This document shows, one piece after another, positions 17,211 to 27,674 of a stretch of DNA of 54,711 nucleotides. This DNA is from a virus (Duplodnaviria; Caudoviricetes), in IMG/VR virus record IMGVR_UViG_3300019742_000004, positions 1-54,711 of that record, one strand, 5' to 3'. A model generated the notes under the pieces. It was not told the DNA's origin and did not search any database. It was given only the letters and a program-made list of their open reading frames with translations. The position numbers were made by a program, and so were the translations under genes. Positions within the stretch are counted from its first letter, which is position 1; every line of letters starts with the position of its first letter.

Positions 17211-17996
17211 ATGATACAAATTAAAACATTTAGAAAAAATGCAAGTGACAAATCTGTAAATGATTTCCTTGCAAATAATCAAGGCTCTAAGATAGTATGT
17301 TATGATCCTATTAGGGTTGAGTATGAAGAGATGAGTAAATTAGAATTACCTTCTGCTGAATTTGTATCAGCTAATGTGATATATATGTACATATAGTTTA
17401 CAAGCGAAACTACATCATCTTTCAGAAGTAAATATAATACAGCATACTATTGTTCTGATTATGAAGAAACAAATTGCGATAATTGTGATAAATATTGTTT
17501 AAATGCTATTAACGAAAAACAGTTAACGTATACTAAAACATATTTATTTAATAGAATAACGGAATTTGTAGATTATTGGCTAATAACTAACCAAAAAGGC
17601 GAATACGTAAAAGTTTTTCGAGATAATGAAAACACAATTGAAACTAATGTAAAATATATACCTAGTTATTGTACAGGATTTAATAATGTAAGATTATTAA
17701 ATAAAAGTTTTGAATTTACTGGCGAAGACTGCGGTGATTTAGATAGGTATAAATTATGTGATAATAACTCTTTTATGAGTGAATTAATATCTATAGAAAA
17801 TTTTATACATACATCACCAACTATTTCATACAATGAGAGGACAAAGTCATTTCAATCAATTAGTAACTCAATTGATAGAGTAGGTCAAAATATACGTCAT
17901 GGGCTTATTGAAAATGGAGAAGATATAGCTAGTGCCACTATTCGAGCCTCTAATATACAAGCTAGTGCTACTAGAAAATATTTACGTAGAAAATAA
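17211..17996 (+). pseudogene. 261-codon frame broken by one in-frame TAG (17394-17396)
   Basis: Listed ORFs 17211-17396 and 17775-17996 share a frame and the sequence between them has no other stop. Confidence 0.75.
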
Positions 17997-18010
17997 TTTA
18001 AAACTAAAAC

Positions 18011-18322
18011 ATGACAGAAAAACCAATACACTACAGCCAACTTGATCTACTCAAACGACAAGGCGATTCTGTTGTAATCTTCGAAGACACTTTAAGCAGA
18101 GCAGCAATACGGCATTACACGGATAAAAAAAAGTTCTTTGTTAAAATACAACGAATAGCAGTAGTTACAACAACTTCAGAAGGTTCCACCTGTAGAAATG
18201 CTTTTGAGGTAATAAGGAAGGAAAGTGAATGTAAACACCTTAGGGAGTTTGTTAAAAATACAAAACATTATACATTAGAGTTTTGCCCTACGTGTAAAAA
18301 ATATTTTGAAATAAAACGGTAA
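18011..18322 (+). CDS. hypothetical protein
   Basis: ORF with C-terminal CKH...CPTC. Confidence 0.55.
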   Translation: MTEKPIHYSQLDLLKRQGDSVVIFEDTLSRAAIRHYTDKKKFFVKIQRIAVVTTTSEGSTCRNAFEVIRKESECKHLREFVKNTKHYTLEFCPTCKKYFEIKR

Positions 18323-18337
18323 TTTAAAATAGATGAT

Positions 18338-19405
18338 ATGGCAAATTTTAAAATAACAGGCGAATACATTACTGATAACTCTCGTAAATTATGGCTACAA
18401 GGAGATTATAAAGATGCAATATCATTTGTAGAAAGCTCTGTTCCGGAAATGAATAAAGTTCAGATAATAAGCCTAATCGAGTATGACATGAAGCTTTCCG
18501 GAGTTAATGAATTAGATTTTGTGAAAGATGAAAGGAATAAACCTAATTATTATCCATTATTTAACGATATCATAGGATTTGCTCAAAACGCTAGAACTGT
18601 AATTGACGACATACAAAATGACCATAGATTAGAGGCTAATAACATAATAAATGAATTCAATAGTTTTGAAGGTTTAGTTAGTAATAAAAATTATCAAGAT
18701 AGGTGTTGTGATTTAGCAAGGAGATGGTTTAATATATTGCCAGAAGTACGTCTTGAAATGAACCGATTTGTTCCGTATTATTTATCATTGTATTTAAGAC
18801 AAGTTAGTAAACTTGATTATAAATCTTTTAATGATAAATACGAGAAAGACGGTCTTTTTAAAACTAGACTTGGTGGATGGGGTGTTATTTCTCATAAATC
18901 TATAATATTATCTATATTTGGAGATAAAAAATTTATTTTTTTTACAAAAAAAGGTAGAGACACTTATGACAGAGTGTGCGATGATTTATTTATATATGGA
19001 GAGGAGAGAGAGTCTATATATAATGACTTAAAAAATCTTCATACAAGAATTACAAAACCTATTAATAAATATCAAGAAAAAGAAAAGCCTTTAATAAAAA
19101 CAAAAGCATCTAAAGATTATATTTTCGGATGGATATCTAAAGATGGATGGGTTTATCCATGTGATTATCTAAAACACAGTATTACTTCTTATCGTATTTT
19201 AAATGAAATACATTATAAAAAAACTACCTACACTACATCTGAACACGATTTAGAAAAATTAGGATATGTGAGAGTGCATATAAGGGATGATAATCCTGAT
19301 TATATATTATTCTCTCATATGGATAAAATAACCACGCATCAACAAAAAAGGATAGATGAATATAAAAAATATCATAATATAAAATATAATAATTATAGAT
19401 ATTAA
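18338..19405 (+). CDS. hypothetical protein (355 aa)
   Basis: Long ORF; C-terminal GWISKDG...H...GYVRV resembles 22264-22617. Confidence 0.7.
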   Translation: MANFKITGEYITDNSRKLWLQGDYKDAISFVESSVPEMNKVQIISLIEYDMKLSGVNELDFVKDERNKPNYYPLFNDIIGFAQNARTVIDDIQNDHRLEANNIINEFNSFEGLVSNKNYQDRCCDLARRWFNILPEVRLEMNRFVPYYLSLYLRQVSKLDYKSFNDKYEKDGLFKTRLGGWGVISHKSIILSIFGDKKFIFFTKKGRDTYDRVCDDLFIYGEERESIYNDLKNLHTRITKPINKYQEKEKPLIKTKASKDYIFGWISKDGWVYPCDYLKHSITSYRILNEIHYKKTTYTTSEHDLEKLGYVRVHIRDDNPDYILFSHMDKITTHQQKRIDEYKKYHNIKYNNYRY

Positions 19406-19487
19406 TATAATTAAATTAAAATACCTATATTTGTATTACCGCTTGAAAGGGCGGTTTTAAAATAAAAACTAAATAACATTGTAAAGC

Positions 19488-19667
19488 ATGAAGTTAATTA
19501 AAACAAGCGAAAAAGTATTAATTTGGTTGCATAGAGAGGAAAAAACACAAAAATGGCTAGGAGATGAATTAGGAGTTACTAGGCAGGCAGTAAGTCAAAA
19601 AATAAAAGATAATATATTCACTGTAGGCGATATATTAAAATTAAAATCATTAGGCTGCAAATTATAG
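19488..19667 (+). CDS. Cro-like helix-turn-helix protein (59 aa)
   Basis: Read manually: KTQKWLGDELGVTRQAVSQKI; follows TATATTTG, precedes the replication genes. Confidence 0.75.
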   Translation: MKLIKTSEKVLIWLHREEKTQKWLGDELGVTRQAVSQKIKDNIFTVGDILKLKSLGCKL

Positions 19668-19735
19668 CCTTTTTTAGCTTTAAAAAATAACATTGTCAAC
19701 TAATTATAATAATTAATAAAAAAGTAAATAATATT

Positions 19736-20371
19736 ATGGCAGAAGGTAAGAAAGGATTTGTATTATATGCTGATATTATACATACAGTTAAAAAACTGCC
19801 AAATGATAAAGCAGGCGAGTTATTTAAGTTTATTCTAGACTATGTAAATGATAAAAACCCTAACACAGATGACCTTATAACTCAACTTGCTTTTGAACCG
19901 ATAAAACAAAGTTTAAAACGTGATTTAGAAAAATATGAAGCTAGATGTAAAAGAAATAAAGAGAACGGTAACAAAGGCGGTAGGCCACCTAGGAAACCGA
20001 CTGAAGAAATAATTAACCCAAAAAAACCCACTGGGTTAAATGGGTTACAAGATAAACCCAAAAAACCCGATAGTGATACAGATAGTGATAGTGATATTAT
20101 ATATTCTTTCGATGACTTTTGGAAAAAGTATCCTAAGAAAGTAGGTAAAAAGGATTGCGAAAAAATCTTTTCAAAATTAAAGGATAGTGAATTACAAAAA
20201 ATAAAAGATACTTTAGATTTATTCATTACTTATAAGCCTTTCGAATCATATAATCATCCTAATCCTAAGTCATATCTTAATCAAAAACGCTGGGAAGACG
20301 AAATAAGTACAGAATCGACAGTAAGTAATAAACCTAAAACAGTAGTAACTATAAATAAACCTGTTAGATAA
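19736..20371 (+). CDS. phage replication initiator (DUF6291-like N-terminus)
   Basis: KKGFVLY...AGELFK...NGNKGGRP; C-terminal FDDFWKKYPKKVGK...YLNQKRWEDE; upstream of DnaB. Confidence 0.8.
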   Translation: MAEGKKGFVLYADIIHTVKKLPNDKAGELFKFILDYVNDKNPNTDDLITQLAFEPIKQSLKRDLEKYEARCKRNKENGNKGGRPPRKPTEEIINPKKPTGLNGLQDKPKKPDSDTDSDSDIIYSFDDFWKKYPKKVGKKDCEKIFSKLKDSELQKIKDTLDLFITYKPFESYNHPNPKSYLNQKRWEDEISTESTVSNKPKTVVTINKPVR

Positions 20372-21753
20372 TGAATGATTTAGGCAAGATACCACCGCAA
20401 GCTATAGACCTAGAAGAAGCTGTTCTTGGAGCTTATATGATAAGTAGTGAAGCTATATTAAATACGATTGACTTAATAACTCCTAGTCACTTTTATAAAA
20501 ATAATCACGTAGTTATATGTTCAGCTATATATGATTTATATAAAAATAATAAGCCTGTAGATATTTTAACCGTAGTGGAATATCTAAAAAATAAAGAACA
20601 ACTAGAAAACGTAGGAGGTGTGTCAAAAATAGCTGAATTAACGGATAAAATAGACGCCCCTAGCAATGCAGAGTATTACGCCAGAATTATATCAGAAAAA
20701 TACATAAAAAGAGAATATATAAGAATAGCTCATGAGTTGCAAAAAAAAGCTTTTGACGATAGTGAGGATATGAGCGATATAATAACTTATGCAGAGAAAT
20801 CAATATTATCAGTTTCAGAGCAATTAAGTGTTTCTGAACCGCAATTTATAGAACAGTCTTTACCGTCTACTTATCAGCTTATAAAAAAAGCACAAGAAAG
20901 GGCGCAAAATGGAGAGTTTACAGGTATACCAACTGGGTTACGAAGATTAGACGAGATTACAGGAGGTTGGCAAGATACAGATTTAATAGTATTAGCAGCA
21001 CGCCCAGCTATGGGTAAAACAGCCGTAGCAATGTATTTTGCTAAAGCAGCTACTACATACGAATTTCCTACGCTATTTTTTAGTTGTGAAATGAGTGTAG
21101 ATCAGTTGAATTCAAGATTGATATCTGGTAAAACTGAATATACACCTAGTGAGCTTAGAACAGGTTCATTTATGGATTTAGAACAAATAAAAGATGCTGT
21201 AGATATTTTAAGCCAAAACAAAATAATGGTAGATGATACAGCGAATATAAATATTCATGAACTATGTGCTAAGGCAAGAAGAGCTAAAAAAAAGAGCGAA
21301 ATAAAACTAATAATAGTTGATTATATACAATTAGTAACGGCAGGAAAAGAGTTTTCTGGAAATAGAGAGCAAGAGGTTAGTTATATTTCAAGGACATTAA
21401 AAGCATTGGCTAAGGATTTAAGAGTACCAGTTATTGCATTAGCTCAATTAAATAGGAGTTTAGAAAATAGGCCAAATAAAAAACCACAAAATTCTGATCT
21501 TAGAGAATCTGGAGCTATTGAACAAGATGCTGATATGATAATGTTTGTACACAGACCTATAGTTTACGGAGAAGATACAATGATGGTTAATAACGGGCAT
21601 GAAGAAATAGAAATAGCTTCTGAAGGTGTAGGTATGATACCAATTACTAAGAATAGACACGGAATGCTTGACGATGTAATGTTTAACCATAACATAGGTA
21701 TGACTGACTTAAATAACTTTAATTTTGATAATAGTAACGAACAAATATATTAA
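20371..21753 (+). CDS. dnaB: replicative DNA helicase
   Basis: PPQAIDLEEAVLG, AARPAMGKT, IVDYIQL, DLRESGAIEQDAD. Confidence 0.97.
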   Translation: MNDLGKIPPQAIDLEEAVLGAYMISSEAILNTIDLITPSHFYKNNHVVICSAIYDLYKNNKPVDILTVVEYLKNKEQLENVGGVSKIAELTDKIDAPSNAEYYARIISEKYIKREYIRIAHELQKKAFDDSEDMSDIITYAEKSILSVSEQLSVSEPQFIEQSLPSTYQLIKKAQERAQNGEFTGIPTGLRRLDEITGGWQDTDLIVLAARPAMGKTAVAMYFAKAATTYEFPTLFFSCEMSVDQLNSRLISGKTEYTPSELRTGSFMDLEQIKDAVDILSQNKIMVDDTANINIHELCAKARRAKKKSEIKLIIVDYIQLVTAGKEFSGNREQEVSYISRTLKALAKDLRVPVIALAQLNRSLENRPNKKPQNSDLRESGAIEQDADMIMFVHRPIVYGEDTMMVNNGHEEIEIASEGVGMIPITKNRHGMLDDVMFNHNIGMTDLNNFNFDNSNEQIY

Positions 21754-21780
21754 AATAGACTTAACCAAATAAAAAGAATT

Positions 21781-22203
21781 ATGAAAGAAATAAAATACAA
21801 TGCAGGAGACTTCGTTTATGACGACGAAAACAAAATATGTAGAATAAGCACCTCATATACTGACAAGAAAAAGAACTACGAAGGATATTCAAGAAACGAA
21901 GATATACAAGTAGAATATAACGATTCTGAAAACATTTATCTATCTAAAGTAGTTAATCCAATTCCTTTAAACGAGGAGTTGCTTTTGAAGTGTTGGTTTG
22001 AGAAGTATTCAAAAGACCATTTTATACTTAATGGAATATTAGGTACAAGGAAAATACACGCTTATACGTGTGAAAATAATATTTCTTTCGAGTTAGGCAA
22101 CCGAAGCGGATATAGTTTCGGACAACCTAAAGTGAAACACCTCCACCAACTCCAAAACCTATACTACGCCTTAACCCAAGAAGAACTACCCATCAACCTC
22201 TAA
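21781..22203 (+). CDS. hypothetical phage protein
   Basis: PIPLNEELL...HQLQNLYYALT motif common in Bacteroidota phage ORFs. Confidence 0.6.
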   Translation: MKEIKYNAGDFVYDDENKICRISTSYTDKKKNYEGYSRNEDIQVEYNDSENIYLSKVVNPIPLNEELLLKCWFEKYSKDHFILNGILGTRKIHAYTCENNISFELGNRSGYSFGQPKVKHLHQLQNLYYALTQEELPINL

Positions 22204-22263
22204 TTTATATTTGTTCTAAACAAATAAAGCCGTAATATTGAAATGAATTAAAAAACCAAGGAT

Positions 22264-22617
22264 ATGAATGACGCATGGATAGACGATAAAGGAAGGTTAA
22301 TCGAGGTAAGTACACATAATAGATATGCTAGTGAACTACTTGAGAAAGAAATGGGGTTCGAAGAATTGTATGAATACCTTGAAAACAACGATATAGAATA
22401 CCCGTATCAACTTTTACACAAGAGAGGATGGGTGAGAGTCAAAGTTTATAGTGCAGGTAGAATACAGATATTAGGTGACTGCATAGATTTAACTAAACAA
22501 ATGCGAAATACTATTGACCCAGCTATGAACGATAGACAATTAAGAGTAGCTAAACAACTTTGTAGAGAAGTAGGAATGGATTTTCACAACGCAATAAACG
22601 ATCGTAGATTTTGGTAG
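22264..22617 (+). CDS. hypothetical protein
   Basis: AWIDDKG...H...RGWVRV. Confidence 0.6.
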   Translation: MNDAWIDDKGRLIEVSTHNRYASELLEKEMGFEELYEYLENNDIEYPYQLLHKRGWVRVKVYSAGRIQILGDCIDLTKQMRNTIDPAMNDRQLRVAKQLCREVGMDFHNAINDRRFW

Positions 22618-22632
22618 ATTAAACTTTTAACC

Positions 22633-23007
22633 ATGAAAAAACTAAAAACAAGCATACATAAATACAGAGACAAAGCCAGAATACAAAATCACATCGACAC
22701 TGTTGTAATAAGCGGCCAAATTTCGATTCAAAAGATAGTTATGGTAGTATGTGACTATTTCGGGGTTGGAGTTGAAAAAATAGGTGTTAAAACAAGGAAG
22801 CGTGAAATACTTCAAGCACGGCAAATAGCTCATTATTTTTGTAAAGAATTAATTCCAGATTTAACCTACGAAAAAATAGGTCAGCAAATAGGAGGTAAAG
22901 ACGGATGTACAGCAAGGTGGAGCAGGGAAGAGGTCGTAAAAAGAATCGAGACAGAACCAGAATTCAGAAAAGCAATAGAAGAAATTGAAGATAAATTAAA
23001 ATCATGA
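22633..23007 (+). CDS. DnaA C-terminal-like HTH protein
   Basis: VCDYFGV...TRKREILQARQIAHY...IGQQIGGKD. Confidence 0.8.
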   Translation: MKKLKTSIHKYRDKARIQNHIDTVVISGQISIQKIVMVVCDYFGVGVEKIGVKTRKREILQARQIAHYFCKELIPDLTYEKIGQQIGGKDGCTARWSREEVVKRIETEPEFRKAIEEIEDKLKS

Positions 23008-23427
23008 AACCAGAGTATAAAAATTTTCTAGGTACACTAGTACTATCAGTAATAGTTTTAATTTTAATCTTTAAATTGTTAAAAATGGAAGAAGAAGAAA
23101 AAGTAGTAAACGAAGAAACAACAGAAACTACACAAGTAGAAAGTAATGACTCTGATTCAGATCATGTGACAGATGTGTTGTGGTAAGGTAAAAACGCCCC
23201 TCTCTGGAATATGGGAGGGGTTAACGTAGATGCGGTATGGTTAATAAAAAGCAACCACCGCAGCAGATTCAAAGCATTAAACTTCATTTGCTTTTTATTA
23301 ATTATGACCGCTTGTTATACCCCGTTTTTGTGGGGTGGACGAAAATAATTTACAGAAAAGTTTATTTTTATTTGGTAGTTAATACAGAAAACTGTATATT
23401 TGAAGTGTAATTTAAAAACTACAAGAT

Positions 23428-23595
23428 ATGGAACGTAGAATTAAACCAGATGTACAGATAAAATTAGAACCAATGGAGTACATAAAAAGAAACGCAAAAA
23501 CGGAACACCATTTTAAGGGCGTACCAAAGAAATACAAGGTGAAAACTATTGAAAATGGAGAAGTTAATTATTACAAAAGTGGACTTGAAGTATGA
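23428..23595 (+). CDS. small hypothetical protein (55 aa), cassette cargo
   Basis: Read manually; preceded by TATATTTG box and AGATATG. Confidence 0.6.
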   Translation: MERRIKPDVQIKLEPMEYIKRNAKTEHHFKGVPKKYKVKTIENGEVNYYKSGLEV

Positions 23596-23747
23596 GCAAC
23601 TTAATTAAATGGAGCGAACTGAGCCGCATATTAAGCGGTTCGGATAACTCTATAAGACCAAATAAAATACCAAAGAAATACGAACGCAAGGTTAAAAGAT
23701 TACTTCGTTTGCTAGATGCGTGGGAGCGTTTGGCAAATGGGGTATAA
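23592..23747 (+). CDS. small DNA-binding-like protein (51 aa), cassette cargo; paralog of 32019-32174
   Basis: MSNLIKWSELSRILSGSDNSIRPNKIPKKY; stop TAA lies in the junction TAAC. Confidence 0.7.
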   Translation: MSNLIKWSELSRILSGSDNSIRPNKIPKKYERKVKRLLRLLDAWERLANGV

Positions 23748-23852
23748 CGATTAATTATATGGGTAGTGCAACCCTCTAAACTGCACGAAAGTTGATTAAA
23801 TGTAGAACCGTTCCCGTTTTATTTTTTGAGCGTGGGCATAAAATTAAATAGA

Positions 23853-24119
23853 ATGAATGAATTTAAAGAGAAAAACCCAGAAATGTACGAAGAAATGGTT
23901 AACCAAATTTGCGATAGAATTGGTTGTGACCCTGATGAAGTAAAAGAAGCTAAAAATGTTAGAGATGATTTAGGCTTTGATTCATTAGATGAAATTGAGA
24001 TGATAATGGATTGTGAGCAAATGTTTGGTATTACCATAACTGACGATGAAGCCGAAGCCACAAATGGGGATATGCTTGAAATATGCAACGGGTTACAGCG
24101 TGCGGTGGAGAAAAAATAA
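23853..24119 (+). CDS. acpP: acyl carrier protein, cassette cargo
   Basis: DDLGFDSLDEIEMIMDCEQMFGITITDDEAE with phosphopantetheine-site Ser; acidic 88 aa. Confidence 0.85.
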   Translation: MNEFKEKNPEMYEEMVNQICDRIGCDPDEVKEAKNVRDDLGFDSLDEIEMIMDCEQMFGITITDDEAEATNGDMLEICNGLQRAVEKK

Positions 24120-24307
24120 AACTTGCACAAACGCTGATTAAACGCACGTTGCATTACCTATATAATGTGTTAGCAGCTGGCTTTACTTCTTAAATGTGGT
24201 AAAGCTAGAAAACAAGCATAGGTATTAATTTATTTAAGCTTGCCGCTAACGGTGTGAGTATGTTTAGTTGCGATACTGAACACAAAACTTAATTAAATAT
24301 TGATACT

Positions 24308-24535
24308 ATGAATAAAGCAGAAAGATTATTAAAAGGACTGAAACCGCAATTAAATATACTTGATGTTAGCTGTAGTTCTTTGAGACACCCAAAATGCAAA
24401 GGATTTAAAACGCCTGATGTTGGGTGGGGCAGTGACTATGATTGTGGTTACGACACTACAATAGACTGTGATGAATGTAAATATGGAGGCGGTAGAAAAG
24501 ACCCAGAAGCTAAATGTAATACGAATTACCGCTAA
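24308..24535 (+). CDS. Cys-rich hypothetical protein, cassette cargo
   Basis: Reads through GTT 24365; stop TAA lies in the junction TAAC. Confidence 0.65.
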   Translation: MNKAERLLKGLKPQLNILDVSCSSLRHPKCKGFKTPDVGWGSDYDCGYDTTIDCDECKYGGGRKDPEAKCNTNYR

Positions 24536-24574
24536 CTACCCGATAAGTACACATAAACATAATTACCTAACAAC
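24525..24574. repeat. attI-like array-terminal site, copy 2
   Basis: Identical to 4877-4926. Confidence 0.85.
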
Positions 24575-25074
24575 CAAGCAAATAAAATAGCATTTTGACA
24601 TGATATCCTCTAAACCATGTCAAGATATAGAGCTTATTTATATTGATTCTAAAAGATAGGTTTTATATCTTAGCATTCTAAAATATACAGATATGATACA
24701 AATAGCAAGCTCAAAAACAAAACTAGATATGATAAGCGATGTCGAAGAAGAATTAAACTTTGAAATACTAAAATACTGCTGTAAGGGATGGAAAGTATTT
24801 AAGCCAACTTACCTGTATTACTCAACAGATAATAAAAGGTATAGATACAAAGCAGAGCTGAAGAAATAGGATAATTAATTAATAATTAGTAAATTGCATA
24901 AGATGGAAGACTTTAAAAAACTGATTAGTTCTCTGGATGTGATTAAACAAGAGCTAATTATTTTAAACAAGAAGATAAAAGAATCTTCACAGGCTACAAA
25001 AGAGCTGGAAATCGAATTAAATAAAATAACAAATAGACCGCTATGGATGCGGTTGATATATTAAAATTAGAGAT

Positions 25075-25317
25075 ATGAAAGATCATTTAGGAAATGAATG
25101 GATTAAAAGTGATAGACCTTTAAAGGATTACCCTACTGGAACTAAAGCTAAAGCCGATGGTGGAGGGTATTGGGTTAAAAACGAAAGAGGCTGGAGTTGG
25201 TCTAATAGTAGCGCAACTTTTCCTACTCCGGGAGGAGATTGGAACGGGCATGTATCCTTGCCAAAAACTGTTTTTGAACAATTGCCTGATGGCGATTTAA
25301 CAGGTTTAACTAAATAG
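25075..25317 (+). CDS. hypothetical protein
   Basis: ORF, AGATATG start. Confidence 0.6.
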   Translation: MKDHLGNEWIKSDRPLKDYPTGTKAKADGGGYWVKNERGWSWSNSSATFPTPGGDWNGHVSLPKTVFEQLPDGDLTGLTK

Positions 25318-25319
25318 AT

Positions 25320-25811
25320 ATGAAATTAGAATTAAAACATTTAGCACCTTATTTGCCTTATGAGTTAAAGCTTAAAGGTAACGATGGTATTTACACATTA
25401 ATAGGACTAAGAAGCCCTTACAAGACAAACGATAAATGCTTTTTAACAGGTGAAGTAAGATATGAGAATACGACTAAAATCAGAAGTCACGTATTTAACA
25501 CTTCTAGTAAGGAAGAAGATATATTAATACCAATACTTCGTCCTTTATCCGGTCTAACAAAAGAGATAGAGGTTAATGGATACAGGTTTGTTCCTATTGA
25601 GGGAATTGATCAATTGTTCGGTGATTATAATACTAGTTATGAAGTTAGTCGCAATGGAACTTCAATATTTGAATACAAAGAAACCAGTATTTATACATTT
25701 TATAACGTTAATTGCTTCCCATGGTTTATTATCCAAAAACTCCACGAGTGGCACTTTGACACAAACAACTTAATAAAAGAAGGTCTAGCGATAGATATAA
25801 ATACATTGTAA
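25320..25811 (+). CDS. hypothetical phage protein
   Basis: LKHLAPYLPY...PILRPLS...WHFD motif typical of Bacteroidota phage ORFs. Confidence 0.65.
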   Translation: MKLELKHLAPYLPYELKLKGNDGIYTLIGLRSPYKTNDKCFLTGEVRYENTTKIRSHVFNTSSKEEDILIPILRPLSGLTKEIEVNGYRFVPIEGIDQLFGDYNTSYEVSRNGTSIFEYKETSIYTFYNVNCFPWFIIQKLHEWHFDTNNLIKEGLAIDINTL

Positions 25812-26073
25812 TTATGAGTAAAATGAAAACAATTTAGTTCATAGATGGTTCTGTAACTAATTTTGTTAAAACTATGGATTCATCCCATTTAAAATCAACT
25901 ACAAATAAAGCCGAAGCTGGTGTGTTTACCGAAAGAATGGCTAAAGAAGCAATCGATGAATTCTGCAACTCTTTTGAAGAATATTCCCCGCGTGATTTTT
26001 ACATAGAAACATGGAGATGTCCTTTTGAGAGTGAAATCTTAAGAAAGAAATATAGTTTAAATAAAGATCAATT

Positions 26074-26289
26074 ATGACCCATAAAACCAAGAAAAACCAA
26101 AATACAGCAATGGAAAACGTATCTAAAGAGGTGACAAGAATCTCTGACGAGCATAAAATAAGCAAGCTAGTAGAAGACTCTAAGAAACTCATAGACACTT
26201 TAGAGCTAGACAAATCAACTGCCGATTTGATAAAGCAGCAATTTGATTATAACGGAGAAATGAGTTTGTTAATAATAGAGAAAATGTAA
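26074..26289 (+). CDS. hypothetical protein
   Basis: Coupled ORF. Confidence 0.45.
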   Translation: MTHKTKKNQNTAMENVSKEVTRISDEHKISKLVEDSKKLIDTLELDKSTADLIKQQFDYNGEMSLLIIEKM

Positions 26290-26401
26290 TATATATTACA
26301 AAACAACAAAATAACTGATAAAAAAACAGAAAAAAAGTTGCAAAGTCTGAAACAAAAGCCGATATTTGAAGTATAATAATTACAAACAAACACACAGAGA
26401 T

Positions 26402-26812
26402 ATGACACGTAAAGCGATAATGGCAGCAGCACACAAACAAGCAAAACAAGCTCAATATTATAACGGTGGTAGTTATGTAGTTTATTTATCTTTCTTCTTA
26501 AAAAAAGAAAACTGGAACATGCAATTAATCCAAGAACTTAGCGCCGAAAAAGAAGTATTTACATTGTCTATCCCTTACAACTCAAAATCTGCAAGAAAAG
26601 AAGCGAAAGAAATGGGAGCAAAATGGAATCCAGAAACTAAGGTTTGGTTGTTAGAGTGTACTAGAGAAGATGTTGGCTATAGCATGTATTTAGAAAAATA
26701 TTTGGTTAACAATGCAGTTGTAAGCGATAAAAAAGAGGGTAATTTCGGGACAGGATGCGTTACAACTTATGCAAAAGCTATGAAATACGGATATGATGCT
26801 ATAGAAAGATAA
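26402..26812 (+). CDS. DUF5710-like domain protein
   Basis: LSIPY...EAKEMGAKWNPETKVW; follows promoter 26337-26368. Confidence 0.65.
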   Translation: MTRKAIMAAAHKQAKQAQYYNGGSYVVYLSFFLKKENWNMQLIQELSAEKEVFTLSIPYNSKSARKEAKEMGAKWNPETKVWLLECTREDVGYSMYLEKYLVNNAVVSDKKEGNFGTGCVTTYAKAMKYGYDAIER

Positions 26813-26838
26813 TACTTATAATATTTAAAATTACAGAT

Positions 26839-27123
26839 ATGAAAACTTTAGAAAATTTAAAATCAGAATTTTTGAACGAGAAAATGACATTATCAGAAAT
26901 GGACTCTATTTTTTGTGGTCAAAAAGATTCACAATCTATTTTTGGATGCGATGAAGGTACAGAACTGATTGAAGGTGAAACTGGAAACTTTTCCTACCCA
27001 TGCGAATTTAACGAAATAGGCATTTGTGTAGAGTACAAGTTTGTAGATTTTAAATATACAGATGAAGACTCTGCCGAATTACTAAAAAAAGAAGTTATTA
27101 TAACAGATATTTGGGAGCATTAA
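26839..27123 (+). CDS. hypothetical protein
   Basis: ORF, AGATATG start. Confidence 0.6.
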   Translation: MKTLENLKSEFLNEKMTLSEMDSIFCGQKDSQSIFGCDEGTELIEGETGNFSYPCEFNEIGICVEYKFVDFKYTDEDSAELLKKEVIITDIWEH

Positions 27124-27124
27124 A

Positions 27125-27322
27125 ATGAAAACATTAATAAAACAACAACTAAAGCAGCTTGGAATAAAACAAGCTGCTTTTTGCGAAGAACACGGTTATA
27201 AATACAAAGACTTTTCGACAAAAGTAACTCGTATGCAAACTCGTATAACTAAAATTAACGAGTTTTTAAGGCCGTTAAAATTGAAATTAATTATTATTGA
27301 ATTAAAGGACATGGAGAAGTAA
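27125..27322 (+). CDS. HTH-like small protein
   Basis: LKQLGIKQAAFCEEHG pattern. Confidence 0.5.
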   Translation: MKTLIKQQLKQLGIKQAAFCEEHGYKYKDFSTKVTRMQTRITKINEFLRPLKLKLIIIELKDMEK

Positions 27323-27458
27323 GGGTGTAATCATTTTAATAATTAAGATATGAACTACGTAGAAAAAGCAAAACAAGCAGCGGATAGAGTAAACAAAATC
27401 TGCGAAAAGAACTTAGAGAAGTTTAATTATGTTGCGGATAAGTTGAAAACTAAATAAT

Positions 27459-27674
27459 ATGAAATACATAACAAGAACTTATGACGACAACGAGAATATA
27501 AACGAAGACCAACTTGAATTAGTTGTAGAATTAATTACATTCTCAGCGGTTATGAATAAGCAGAAGTTCTACACTAATTATAAAAGTATACGCGAAAAAG
27601 AACCTTATTTATTAGGATATAGGTTCGGCTGTAGACTTCCTGATATTTCTATATGTACTATATGCGCGCCTTAA
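27459..27674 (+). CDS. hypothetical protein
   Basis: ORF. Confidence 0.45.
   Translation: MKYITRTYDDNENINEDQLELVVELITFSAVMNKQKFYTNYKSIREKEPYLLGYRFGCRLPDISICTICAP

Larger units (their letters stand above)
23223..24574 (+). mobile_element. integron-like satellite array 3 (3 cassettes plus attI-like site, no integrase)
   Basis: AACs 23223, 23746, 24248, 24534; GTTs 23314, 24169, 24365; same grammar as array 1; ends in the identical 50-bp site. Confidence 0.85.

Noticed and set aside
17394-17396. Genome-wide TAG reassignment
   Set aside because: Long structural and replication genes are uninterrupted in the standard code, TAG ends other genes normally, and no suppressor tRNA was seen.
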